Shown: positions 1-13,350, numbered from the stretch's first letter. The stretch: DNA of 64,000 nt from Octopus sinensis (GCF_006345805.1 NC_042998.1:70432001-70496000); one strand, 5' to 3'. Numbers and translations: made by a program. The notes: a model not told the origin generated them from the letters alone.

Positions 1-20
1 ATACACATATACGCATCCAT

Positions 21-60
<40 letters not shown>

Positions 61-639
61 TAAATACAGTGTCATTGAGTCTGTTGTTATACATTGTTGT
101 TGCTGCTGGTATTATTGTCATCTCTGTTCTTGTTGTTGTAATCTTAGATTCTACTGTAGTAGTAGTTGTCGTTGTTGTTGCTAAACTGCTTTTGTTATGC
201 TGTTGCTTTTGTTGTTGTTGCCATTACTGGTTTCGTTGCTATTGTTGTTGTTATTACTATTGCTGGTGGTGTTGGTGTTCTTCCATTCCATTTCCTCTAT
301 TTATGTCCTCTCATTACCTTGGGTAATTTAACAGATTGCTTGATGAGAATGCGTCTGCATATATGTCATCTGTGTATGTACGTATATATATATATATATA
401 TACACATGTGTGTGTGTGGGGGGGTTGCATGTGCACGATTACTTGTGCTTAGAGGTGTATATATTTATGCATTTACATATGTATGAATGTATATATGGGT
501 AGGTATATGTGTATGTACATGAATATATATGTGTGTGTGTGATAATGTAAATATGTAGGTATGTATGCAGACATTATGTATGTACATGCTTTTGTAAGTA
601 TGTATGTACATATGTATATATTGAATATGTATGTATATA

Positions 640-680
<41 letters not shown>

Positions 681-688
681 CCATCCCT

Positions 689-726
<38 letters not shown>

Positions 727-734
727 CCATCCCT

Positions 735-768
<34 letters not shown>

Positions 769-960
769 TTATGCATTTGTAGCCATATACATATATGCAT
801 ACACACATACATTGATATATGCTTCCTACATATACACACAGACATTGCTCCATGCATACAGGCATACCTATGTACAGACAGACAGGCATACATGTCTATG
901 TATATATGCAGATACATTCATATGTGTATATACACTTGCACATATGTCTGTACATATTTA
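1..960. repeat. Compound microsatellite / low-complexity tract: (CA)n, (GTT)n-like, (TA)n, including two copies of GAGCCATCCCTCCA-(TA)n
   Basis: Directly visible; it explains the YI/VC-rich ORFs in the track. Confidence 0.95.
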
Positions 961-1164
961 TAGACATTCACATCGACTCAAAATTTCATTGGTAGAATAT
1001 TCCCATCAAAACTTCTGCCAAATGCAGACATAACAGGCATGATATAATTGGTCAAGACTGAAAGACAAAATCATATACTGTTATAGAGGTCAGCTTCCCT
1101 GCAAGTTTTAGCATTTATATTCAGATCGATGGGGAAGGGAATATTTCTGGACAATGCAGGTGAA

Positions 1165-1290
1165 GCTGTGTGGTAAATGTTTGCTTCCCAACCATGTAGC
1201 TCTGAATTCAGTCCTGCTGCGTGTTACCTTGGGCAAGTGTCTTCTGCTACAGTCCTAGCTTGATCAAAATCTTGTAGGTGGATTTGGAAG
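1165..1290 (+). mobile_element. Partial tRNA-headed SINE (family A), 5' half, degenerate
   Basis: GCTGTGTGGTAA...TTCAGTCC...CCTTGGGCAAGTGTCTTCTGCTA matches the head of the full copies at 15548 and 63715. Confidence 0.75.
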
Positions 1291-1319
1291 ATGGAAACCG
1301 AAAGAACCATGTTGTATCA

Positions 1320-1610
1320 CCTTCCCCATCATTTAACGTCCATATTCCATACCAGCATGTGTTGGATGAATTGGCAGGATTTGATGTGTCCAAGGACTAC
1401 ATCAAGCACCAAATGTCTGCTTTGGTATGTTTTATGGCTGGATGCCCTTCCCCAAAATAGAATGTGTGTGTGTATGTGTATGTGTGTATATATATGTGTG
1501 TGTGTCTATTGACATTGTGTGATAGTTATAAACAAGTATCTCTGTCATACAAGCAGTGTCATTTATTTCTGACATTCCTCAAGAACATGTCTGGTCATGG
1601 GAAAATATTA
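1320..1610 (-). mobile_element. Degenerate RTE 3'-UTR repeat (family C) with adjoining repeat sequence
   Basis: GGCTGGATGCCCTTCC is the reverse complement of the GGAAGGGCATCCAGC core; CATCATTTAACGTCC resembles the family tail. Confidence 0.6.
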
Positions 1611-2122
1611 CCTTTCTTGGAAACAGGGAAAATGTATAGACCACAGAATCTGATAAATCAGCCTGAAAAACCTTTTGGCTGGGTTATGTAATAGCCAATT
1701 TACATAAAAAGCTTTGAATTGCCGAAGTTTTCAAAAAACAAAATATCAAATTATCTTAAAGATAGGTGAACTAGTTTGCATCCCCCAAATACACTCTGTT
1801 GGTCATAGAGTGAAAATTTGTAAAATATTCCAGGGATTCTCCATCTCAGGTTTCTAGACTTAAGTCATGCACACAACCACATATACAGATGGAATGTACA
1901 TGCAGCCACATACATACTTAAACAGTTACGAAGCACTCACATTAGTGCTCTTAAGTGGTGCACAACCACCAACCAATTCAAATATGCATAAGCCTCAAGA
2001 ACTCTTTTAACTCAAAACAAAGAACTGTGCCACTTTATAAATGACTAGCTTAAATTCTGCCAAGGAAAAACAAAAACAACTTTAATGAAATTAGTAAACC
2101 CCCTAAAACACACACACACACA

Positions 2123-2162
<40 letters not shown>

Positions 2163-3486
2163 TGTACTTGTATATGTGTGTATTATAATCCAGCTGTTGT
2201 TGTTCTCAATTATATTGTGTGAACATTTCTCTAGCATTTTCCGTTTCCACTACAACTGTTACAATTCATAGTCTGCTTGCTCTGTATTGTTAAAAAGTTA
2301 GCTTTGCAACTACATGGGTTCAGGTTCAATTCCACCTTGGGTAAGTCTATTTTACCATGCCCTTGAGTCAACTCAAGCCAGTTAGCAGAAATTGCATAAA
2401 ACCCCACCACCTGGCTCATGAATGACTTTAGTAGAGTTCACTCCCTTGCAAGCATTCAGGCCAGGTTCCTTCACCAGTTTTACAGGCCCTGAAAAAGGAT
2501 CATGGACACTGCCCTTTCTCCTCTGTATAAATAAGATACTTCTAGAAATCCCCTCTAAATAATTGCACAGTTCAATTCTGTAAATAGTGGGAGCACTATG
2601 GAACCAAGCTTCCCAGCTGAGCCTAATTTCTTCCACGAAAGATGTTGGCTACAATAGACTGTTGTTCTATCCAAAGAAGATTTATATTATATCTGCTAAT
2701 ACTTTAGAAATCTGTATTGAACTACTGCTCTCTGTAGGAGATAAATTAGATTTGCTCTTCATTTTTAACAACAGTCTTTGCGAAAAAAAATGGCAGCTTA
2801 TTTGAGGTGTGTTATATTATTTGGAAATATAATTCATATTTAGTTGTCTAACACTAGGTTAGCTCTGACCTAGCTGACCTAGGATCAGATTAATTTTAAC
2901 TATGATCTTTCTCTCTTTTATTGAAATAAAATATATTTAGAGTTACATTTTTTAATGTTGTTGTTTAGCTCCAGATCAGCTCTGATTTAGTAGCCCAGTG
3001 ATTAAAGTCGATCCATCCGTGACTATCTAGTCTTTTATTCTGATATAGTGTATTTGGAACGATGTTGTATAATGTGTAACTTTTTGTTGTTGTTTAGCTT
3101 TTTAAGATCAGCCCTGATTCAGCAGACCTATGATTAACAGTATTCTTGCCATGGTCATTCCATCTTTTATTGAGGTATAGTGTATCTAGGACTATATTAT
3201 ACAGTGCTTTCTTCTTTCTTTAAGATAATTAGATATCATTTCAGGAAGATTTGATTTTTATCTCTATCAGACTGAGTAATCACAGAAGCATTTTATCACG
3301 AAGAAGCTTTCTTGTTAATTGCTTGATGTAACTTGGAGGAAACAGGTTTCATCCAACTGAAGTTGCTTGATGAAATTATTGGTGAAAAGATGTAATCAAA
3401 TTGATAAAACGGATGAGATTGGGTCTGTCTGTTAAGTTTGTTCGATGATTAGCATTTCTATAATTTAATTAGGGGGGAGGAACTTT

Positions 3487-3810
3487 GTCCATGATCTTTG
3501 CTGACTCTCTAAAGGAAGAGCTTGTTTTCATGATTTCTGCTAACTTTCTGGAAGAAGGGTCTGTATCCATGATCTTTGCAATAATGAGACTCTCTTCAAG
3601 ATTTTTGCTAGTCCTCTGAAAGGAGGGGTTGTGAGAAAGGAGTTGTGACCATGACCTTTGCTGACCCTTTGTAGGCTGTGTTTATGACTTTTGCTGACCT
3701 TCTGGAGAAGGGTCTGTATTCGTGACATTTGCTGACCAACTAAAGGAATTGGCTATATTCACAACCATTACTGATCATCTGTAGGAAAGGACTGTGTTCA
3801 TTTGCTAACC
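3487..3810. repeat. Degenerate minisatellite, ~38 bp unit (CCATGATCTTTGCTGACCTTCTGGAGAAGGGTCTGTAT-like), about 8 copies
   Basis: Recurring ATGA(T/C)(C/T)TTTGCT(G/A)AC and GAAGGGTCTGTAT. Confidence 0.8.
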
Positions 3811-5158
3811 TTCTGACTTCTCAGATCAGTATGGTTTATATTTAGCTTAAACATCTGTCAAGTGACATTTGTAGAAAATAGATCGTTGGTGGTGATAGAA
3901 GGGATTACGGAGAGTTGGTGTTCTTGGAAGGAAAAGTTAAAGTGTAATGATTAATGCAGTTCTTGAGAAAAGGTTTCAATATGTATCACAAAAGAATGAA
4001 AGATGGGTGCTGCATGTTGTGTTATGTTGAAGTGCAAAATAACTGTACATGTTGGGTGGTTTGGCCAGGGAAGAACCGTTCAAAAGGGCAGTGGATATTG
4101 TAGTTGTTTGACTGAGCATTCATCGTTACTTTGAGTTTTACTTGTGTGTTGTCCAAGACTAAAGAGGATTGGTTTCTTGATATATACGCACTGTCTTTGT
4201 ATCTTTGTGTTGTTGTAAGATACTGCACTGTCATAATCCCAACATAGGATGTTTTGAGATCTCTGTCCATGAAGGTGGTGTAGTTTGGTGTAATGTCTTA
4301 AGATGCATGTAGATGATATCTGTATGTGGACAGTGAAGTAGGGATGATGTATGGAATCACTTACATAAGAATGAGTCGTGTTAGAGTTGACAACAAGGAG
4401 GTCAGTGACATTGTTTGGCAAAATTGCAGGTAAAATTGTCTTAAATTTTGTTTGATGAAGTTAGTATATATCTTTCGGAAATTAGTATATGTCTTTTGGA
4501 TTTGACTGTTCATATATTGTTGTCTGATCAAATGTTGACGGGATTGATTAATAAATTTGAATTGTTGTAAAGCTGCTTGGATGTATCTGTCTGGTGAAAC
4601 TGTTTTATAAAGTTGGTTCATGAAATTTCTTGATGAAATATGTTTGATGAAGCTGTTCATTGAAAATGTTTGCTGAAATATGAAATTGTCATAAGGGAGT
4701 TATTGGTAATACTGTTTGTTTGATGAAATTGGCATCACTGATTATATTTCAGATGTTTATGAATGATATTTCAAATGTTTCTGTTTGATGTGACTGACAT
4801 GATTAATGGTTTTACAGTGCTACTACTGCATGTGCACTCATGTGTAAGTCAGTGTATGACAAATGTTAGTGTGTATGATTCATTCCATATCATTTTCACA
4901 ATGTGTTGCATAATTATCAATGAATGTCAGTATGTATGTTTAGTGTAAAATGCATTTGTATCAGTTGTATATATGTGTTTCTGTGTGTTGGGTATACAGT
5001 TGTAAGTATGTATTTTGATGCATGTGAGTATGTGTATGTGTGAACATGCATTGTTTGTAAGCTCACTCTCACACACGCATAACACACATATACACACACC
5101 TTATGCGTGTGTGTATGTATACACACATGTATATGTATTATATATGTATGTATTCCAG

Positions 5159-5395
5159 TGCAGTGCCTATCCAAAAATCTGCAGGTCACATGAAGGATTG
5201 AAGTATCACTTGAACATTTATAATAGCTGAATTGAAAATGGAGTTAACACTGAAATGAGATGTTGCTGCAGTATATGTGATCAGCTCTTCAAACACCTTT
5301 CAAGACTCAAAAGTCATTTAAGACCTCACTCAAGAAAAGAGCAATTAAAAGTATAAGAAGAGGTCAAGCTCTGCAAGGAGCAGACATCCACCATA
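5159..5395 (+). pseudogene. Decayed fragment encoding two C2H2-type zinc fingers; probably the C-terminus of an RTE(BovB-like) LINE ORF2, alternatively a ZNF gene remnant
   Basis: One frame reads CSAYPKICRSHEGLKYHLNIY-NS*-IENGVNTEMRCC-CSICDQLFKHLSRLKSHLRPH-SRKEQLKV*. Finger 2 (5267-5329) fits C-x2-C-x3-F-x5-L-x2-H-x3-H exactly. In-frame stop at 5228-5230, terminal stop at 5354-5356. Confidence 0.65.
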
Positions 5396-5461
5396 TATGA
5401 AACATACATACATGTATAACATGTGTGTGTGAGAGAGAGAGAGAGAGAGTGTGTGGGAGCA

Positions 5462-5492
<31 letters not shown>

Positions 5493-7649
5493 GTGTATGT
5501 TGTCTATAAATTTGGGGGTCACTACTTGATGATTATGCTGACCCCCATCAATATTGCATGATCATCCCTCAACACCGACTTCTGGTTTCTCTCTTCTCTA
5601 GGTATGTGTTGTATTTTTCCACGCAGACTTTCCAAAGGTAGTGTTTTAACCATTGTTCCTTTCTCTTTCATTTGCTTCCTCAGCCAGATGCCTCAGTCTT
5701 GGAGAATGCTTTTTTTTTAACTACCATGTCTGTATACCTAACCCTAGGCTGAAATCCTAACCTTTCTAGCTACCCTATCACTAATCCTGATCCCTTTTAG
5801 TGACCTTTCCCTGCTACCATTTCCTTGCTGTAATGTACCTAATTCTAACCCAAAACTATTATTCACATGTTTCTGTGTTCCTTTGTACTGCTGACTTTCA
5901 TGAATTCTTGGTGAGGATATTTAAAAAAAAATCTTTTCTATATTTAGATAATTTTCTGTTCATTTTCTTTAGACTAGCCCTGAGCCAAAAGATGTGATCT
6001 GTGAATATCTACCATGTACAATATTAATATACGTATCCAGTATACATGCACATACCCACAGACATATACATACTCGCACAGAAATACATTTACTCACACA
6101 CGTACAGATAGTAATACAGTTACAAATACACCCATGCATGTATACATGCAAGTATACATAATATGTATGATGTTCTAGACACATGTTTCTATGCTTGTAT
6201 GGGTGGTATAGGTTTTGTTAGAGCTCTCAGTTTATAATTCAATAACTTTCCTGGAAGGAACAAAATTTACTGATGAAAATTATATAGACTAATGAATCAA
6301 AGAAAGAGTTTACTGTATAAATGCTAGTATGTAAAAATTTTCTTCAAATCTGAAAAACTAGAAGAGTATACATAAAAAAAAAATGACCATACAGTCTTTT
6401 TATCCTGAAGTAAAACCAGCTGTTGTTGGACATCTTATATTTAAAACATTTAAATACAAAGAAACAGAAAAAAGAGGTGTAAGAAAGGAAAGAAAAGGAA
6501 AACGAAATGGGTGGTGGGTAAAGCAGTGAAAGATAGAAGGGCATGAGGCAATGGGCCACATATTCCAGAACAAGTGGGATGCTCAGCTCTCAGCTGTGCC
6601 CCATGGTAATGACCATGATGGCATTGCCATGGACAATGGCCGGCAACACTTGCTGCAGCAGTCACTTCACCTCACAAAGTTCATTTCTCTGATGGGCTGC
6701 TGTTATCCCTATTTTGTGGAAGAAATCGTTAGTACAGGCTCCTAGAACAACTCAGTGAAAGCTATTTTGTTAAACAAGTAAATTTGACCAACTAACATTA
6801 CCTGGGTTCGCTACGTGTCCATAGTTTAGAAAAATATAAACAATATTTACCAAACTTTAATTTATGGAATATATATATATTTTTATCAAATTATTTCCTG
6901 AGAAATATGTTTCTTAAGCCTTTCTTTCTGTAGAATATTGACTTCACACAATAGAACAAGTTGGAAAGTGGTTTACTAATTAAAACTGAATAACCCCAAT
7001 ATACTGAACTAACCTCATCATAAGGATGGTACATAGCTTTTGGGAATTGTCTAATTAGTTAAAATTCAAGCTTTCAAAATCTGAACACATACTCATTTCT
7101 TATCACTAGATCATTTTAATACTTTAAAGGAGGGCCTCTCCATAATCATTTAAGATGCAGCCAAACCGCTCTCAAATCACATTCTACCATCTTAAAACAG
7201 TTAAAGGGCACATGTAACCAGAATGACATGGTTCTGAATACTTTATTATTTAGATAAAGAGAGGTTGGTCATGGCTGGAATGCCTTTGATCATAGATCTA
7301 ATCTATTAGAACTCAGCTGCATTCAAACAACAACATTGTTGATTGGCCCATTGCACCCATCTCTCCTGGGGCTGCAAAAACAAAATCAGCCATAGTAGAT
7401 ACTGATGGTACTTAAATACAACAAGGTACTGTCTGTGACCTCTACTCCTATGGAATGTCAGTGCATATGAAAATGTAGAACGCAAGTATTTCTTCAAAGA
7501 CATGGTATATCCCCCTGTGATTTTTGTGATACTCCCACATACGTGTAACTTTAGACAGAACATAGTAAGTTTTATACATATTTATCAAATTACTTCACAT
7601 GCTCACACATATGTTTTTGTGTGTGTATATATGTCTGTGGATGCATGTA

Positions 7650-8040
<391 letters not shown>

Positions 8041-9224
8041 ATCAGTGTAGAGTGCATGTTATGTGACCCACATACAAGCATGTTTTATAAATCATCCTAA
8101 AATCAACTTTCTACGATCCTAATTCAGGTGAAATATTGTTGAGCAAAACTCTTACATCTACTGCATGACCTCATAGAGGTTTTGTAAGTTTGTATCTCCT
8201 TTGAGAGAATTCTTAAAGGGAATGTTTCTTGAAAAACAATGCATAGTACAGCATGGTGCAACAGAGCTGTCAGAATGCATTAAGGTGCACAATAGGAAAT
8301 GTTAGTTACGCTGCATTATGTTGCACAGTTAACATGCATGGCTATCACTTGGAATCAAGTATGATCATTCACGAAATTGACATCTGTGCATGATTCCTAT
8401 AATGTAAGGTTTACGCTTGTTCAAATAGAAACTACAGGAGTTGTTGGCAGTAGTTGTTGCAGGTCCATTGACTGTGACCTTGTAAGGATCTTTATAAGAC
8501 CAGGGTTAGCTTCATGGTGATATTGCAGTTACAGTAGTAGGACATGCAAACATAACATTATGAAGAAAGACAAGCAATTTCTATATTTTTATATTTATCT
8601 TCAAAGCAGAAATGGATCTAACAAAGGAAGAAGAAGAAGAGGAAAAAAAAAAGAAGCATGTAACACAAAGGGAGTGGGAGTGGTGGGAGGTGTAGTGTAT
8701 GCACTATTTTCAAGAGATTTGATATTTGATTCTCTTGGGTTAAAAATACAATATTTTATGAAAGAATCATAATTCCGTTTCATTTGGAAAACATTATAAA
8801 CAGTGTGGAGCAAATGGAAGCTGACACTTAGCTATATTCATGACCTGGTATCAGTTCTTCATGGTAGCAGTTTCACTTCACTGATGCTTTTTGCCAGTCT
8901 ATGTTACATCACCAAAGATTGGCATCTATTCCCAGTGTTAGCTGATTCACTTCAGTGACATCATCATCATCATTGTCATTATTAGCATTATTGTTGCAGA
9001 ACTATTTGAATGTCAGATAAAATGCCTCTTTATGTTCTGAGTTCAAATATTCCTCAAATTACCTTTACATTTTATCCTTTGATAAGATAAAGTACCAGTC
9101 ATGTACTGGGGTTGATGTTATCAACTAATCCTCCCCTTCCAAAACTGTTGGCTCTTGTGCCTAAATCAGAAATTGTTACTATTATTACTACTACTATTAT
9201 TATTATTGAGAGAGTAGCACGTAC

Positions 9225-9735
9225 AATCAAAGTGATGCTGGGGTACAGATATATGAAGCCCAATATACCAATCATGACCACCCATCTGATAAGGGTATAC
9301 CAAGTGCATGCATCACAATCATATGTGACATGGTGACTTCCTATGGAGAGAACAGCACATGACCTTGCAGATGGGGCTCAATTAGAATTTTTTTGGGGGT
9401 CAAGTGGCTCATCTTGCTCAAAAGATCCCTGAATAAGGTTTGTTTAAGGATGATGAACAAAACAACTATGTTTCCAGGGGTGAATTATTCAAATCCTAAA
9501 GAATTCCTCTTAACACATAGTTATGATGCTTCCCCCACTGCTCCTGTTCATAATTAGTGATGCACACATCCTTAGCCACTAAAGGTCAAGTAACTGACAA
9601 GCAAATCTGTGGTATTGAGCAAAATATTTGCTGTAGTTCATCTTTTACAGCAAGACAAAACATATACATGCTAACACTTCCAATCAGCCAAGATCAGAAG
9701 CCATGAGAGCCAGCGACAGGCATTGCATCAGGGCA
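9225..9735. mobile_element. Unclassified interspersed repeat ending in an (ATT)n tract
   Basis: Complex ~500 bp sequence abutting an (ATT)n tail. It resembles a repeat I recall from octopus assemblies; there is no second copy in the window to confirm. Confidence 0.4.
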
Positions 9736-9861
<126 letters not shown>

Positions 9862-9865
9862 TATT

Positions 9866-10093
9866 AAGGTGATGAGCTAGCAGAATCGTTAGTATGCTGG
9901 ATGAATTGCTTAGCTGTATTTCACCCATCACTATGTTATGAGTTCAAATTCCACTGGGGTTGACTTTGTCTTTCATCCTTTCGGGGTCGATTAAATAAGT
10001 ACCAGTTACGCACTGGGGTCGATGTAATTGACTTAATCCCTTTCCTCAAATTTGAAGTCTTGTGCTTCTAGTAGAAAGAATTATTATTATTAT
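9866..10093 (+). mobile_element. SINE family B (tRNA-like head, Nin/Deu-like central domain, (ATT)n tail)
   Basis: AAGGTGATGAGCTAGCAGAA...GAGTTCAAATTCC...GACTTTGTCTTTCATCCTTTCGGGGTCGATTAAATAAGTACCAG...AGTAGAAAGAATTATT; homologous to 47592-47790 and to the minus-strand copies. Confidence 0.85.
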
Positions 10094-10094
10094 T

Positions 10095-10391
10095 GCCTTC
10101 GCACAGCTTCTAATGCTGGTTGGTGATGTATACTACAGTGTCAGTTGTTCACTACCAGTGAACTAAGGTAACACCTCTTAGTTTTTGAGCACCTTCCGGA
10201 GTATTTGAGCAGTTCCAAGCAGTGCTGTTTTCTGCAAGTGCTCCACCCTTACTGCAGCCCCTATTTGTTCCATGTACTTCTTGAGATTTTTGCTCAGTTC
10301 CCAGGGCTTCAACAATTATTGGTACTACTGCTACCTTTTTCATCGACCACAACTGCTTATCTTCCCAAGCTAACCTGTCATCAGGTCAGCT
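10095..10391 (-). mobile_element. 5'-truncated R4/Dong-like non-LTR retrotransposon (RLE C-terminus plus 3' UTR) embedded in (AAT)n
   Basis: With one frameshift the minus strand reads LAWEDKQLWSMKKVAVVPIIVEALGT/KNLKKYMEQIGAAVRVEHLQKTALLGTAQILRKVLKN*, typical of the RLE C-terminus. (ATT)n lies on both flanks. Confidence 0.8.
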
Positions 10392-11763
10392 TTATTATTA
10401 TTATTATTATTATTATTGTAAATATCTGTTACATCACAAAAAACTGGCATCAATTCCTGGTAGTGACTGGATTTTCTGTGACTGATATTCTTAATTTACA
10501 GAAATCATTATTATCAGCTATGATAACGAGGTTTCAAATGAGATTTTAATTTAAATATAAACACTTTAACTGAGCTTTTGCATGGGTTGGGAACATAGTT
10601 TGTGACATAATTGTCCTCAATAGTGGGTTGATAACATGAGACAAGAAGTAGACTTAAGAGAGTTAACATTGAAAGAGTCCATCGGTAAGAATTCTTGCTT
10701 CAGGCATTATGTATGTTTTGCAAATTATCAAAATCAATTCTAGACTTGTTGACAAGAAAGACTAGCTATAAAATGGTACTGGCAATGAAAATACATAGAT
10801 AAGAATGAAATAACAAAATCAAACATTAAAACAAAATTCCTGGAAAATATTGACTGAAAGAGATTTTTCAGTTACCAATTATTTGTACTTTATAGTAAAT
10901 GAATAAAAGTATTTGTGTTTATAGTAAAAGGTATTAAAACTTTACGTAAGCCAATGGAATCCTAACTGAATCATTTGTTTACATTTTATTTCAAAGAGAC
11001 AAGAAAAGAAACCAAAAGAAAAAAAAACAATCAAAATTAACCAACAAAAAAAAACAAAAACCTCCCCAAGGAATCATTTTCCTCCTCCTCCTCCTCCTCC
11101 ACCTCCTCCTCCTTTCACTCAGTTAAAGGTTTCTGGATGTGATTTGCACAGTATGAAAATTTTTACTTTATCACATGACTTGCAACATTGATAAAATATT
11201 GCTCATCAGTGCTATTTGCTGTGACATATTGTAACACGTCTCTTCATTAGTGAACCTTTTGTCGTCCTCACTCTTAAGTATCTTCAAGATTTGCCTGCTT
11301 TAAACATAGTTTGCACTCTAGAATCTAACGACTTCCATTTGCTTCCTCAATGTCATGCGAAGGACAAGGCACCCACCAGCCTCAACTCCCTAGATACACA
11401 TCCTCCTCAATAACTACACACCTCCATAGCATGTTTACTCATTCCTCTCACTTAAACCTTCACATTTCAAATGTCATGTTTGGGGCTTTTTCACTTTTAC
11501 CTTTTCTTTCTTTTTTTTTCCTGTATTTTTCTTTCTTTTTTTTTTAATATTTTGTTTTTATGTTTTCATTCTCTGTTTACTTTTGTCAGGAATTGTTTAA
11601 TTATGAAACTTTCTCCACATCTGTTGGCTACTTACAGTTCTGTTAACCCATGGATTCTGTCTATATTTTGCAGCATAAGTAGACATATGTGAACCTAAGT
11701 GCACTTATTTTAAACTATATGCATCAAAATTGAAATGATTGGTGAGAATATTGAATAGCTTGT

Positions 11764-11764
<1 letters not shown>

Positions 11765-11818
<54 letters not shown>

Positions 11819-12205
11819 AAATGTTAAAAAGTGAGGGCATGAAGTTAGGCACCACCACTCTTCACATGCATAGACATGCACACACACACACACAGCTATC
11901 TACATACATTTATACATACACACATATGTACATAGATACATACATACATGCATACATACTTACATACATACACAAACACACACATACATACATACATACA
12001 TACATACATACATACATACATACATACATACATACATACATACATACATACATACGAAGGAACCTTGGATCTAGGTTAGAAACTGGTTCTTTCTCTGTTG
12101 GCAAGAAATCTTGAAATAAACTGAATAATGACATACATACATACATGCATACATACATACATACATACATACATACATACACACACATACACACACACAC
12201 ACACA
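11765..12205. repeat. (AG)n and (TACA)n/(CA)n microsatellites with a short interspersed repeat (also at ~12475-12560 and ~28730-28850)
   Basis: Directly visible; TTCTCT(G/A)TTGGCAAGAAAT(C/T)TTGAAATAAA is shared among the three loci. Confidence 0.9.
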
Positions 12206-12874
12206 CTTGTAATTATTGGGATTTGTAACACACTGCTTAAATAACAATCTTGAGAAATTAGGCTTCTCAAAACTAGAAAGGAGAAAGCTGATTCGAAGAC
12301 TACAGATCCAATCCATCACTGGAACTATAAAAATCTGTAAAACTTTATCATATATATATCAGAAATTTATCATATATATATGAATGAGCATGTCTAGATA
12401 TGCATGTATATGCATTAGAATACATAAATCAAAACATACAAATCTATACACGCACACACTCAAACAAACAAACAAAAATACCCTGTTGTTGATGTTGAAA
12501 TTCCAATGAAACCAGCTTTTTCTCTATTGGCAAGAAATTTTGAAATAAAACTGAACATATATACTTACACATATATATGAAAATTTATATAGTTCACCTG
12601 AAGAGTAGGTAAAGCTGACAAGCAAATTTAACCACCTTGTTAAATCATGACTACTTAGAGATTTCAGTGATTAACAGCTGCTTACAGTTATCATACCATA
12701 AATTGAGTACTTATTGCTATTATACCCTGAAGGTATAGAGTACCTAGAGCTATTGTACTCTAAATTAATTGGATAACTACAGCTATTGTATCATGAATTA
12801 ACATAGTAACTGCAGCTACTGTACCTTAATTGTACTCTACAGTACTGACAGTGATAGCAGTCTAATTAATATTC

Positions 12875-13094
12875 CTTTCTACTCTAGGCACACAGCCCAA
12901 AATTTTGGGTGCAGAATCCATTCCATTAGAGCGACCCCTGTACACAAGTAGTACTTAATTTATCGATCCAGAAAGGATGAAAGGCAAAGTCGACCTTGGC
13001 AGAATTTGTGCTCAGAACATAAAGACAGACGAAATACTGCTGAGCATTTTGCCTGGCATGCTAACATTTCTGCCAGTTTGCTACCTTAATTAAT
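12875..13094 (-). mobile_element. SINE family B with a 16-bp target-site duplication
   Basis: AGTCTAATTAATATTC at both 12859-12874 and 13095-13110; internal GATGAAAGGCAAAGTCGAC core. Confidence 0.9.
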
Positions 13095-13350
13095 AGTCTA
13101 ATTAATATTCTGTCTACGATTATATTGTATTCTGTGTTAATGAAGTACCTACAGCCACTGTACTCTGAATTAATTGCGTACCAAGAACTATTGTACGCTG
13201 ATGTATATAGCTGGGTCTTGGCCGTGAAGTAAACACCTTAAACATTCAGGTATACTGCTCCTATAAATGCATTCTTGCATATATACATATGTACATGGTG
13301 GTGGCCACTAGATTTTGAATGATGCCATCATAGTGTCATTGTTCTCTTAA

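Noticed and set aside
3800-4560. Minus-strand ORFs 4022-4660 (similar region 46000-46900) as host exons
   Set aside because: No recognisable motifs or splice sites. The composition resembles very old LINE remnants, but I could not assign a family.
8128-8183. Possible exon CAG|GTGAAA...GGTTTT|GTAAGT
   Set aside because: Stop codons in all three frames.
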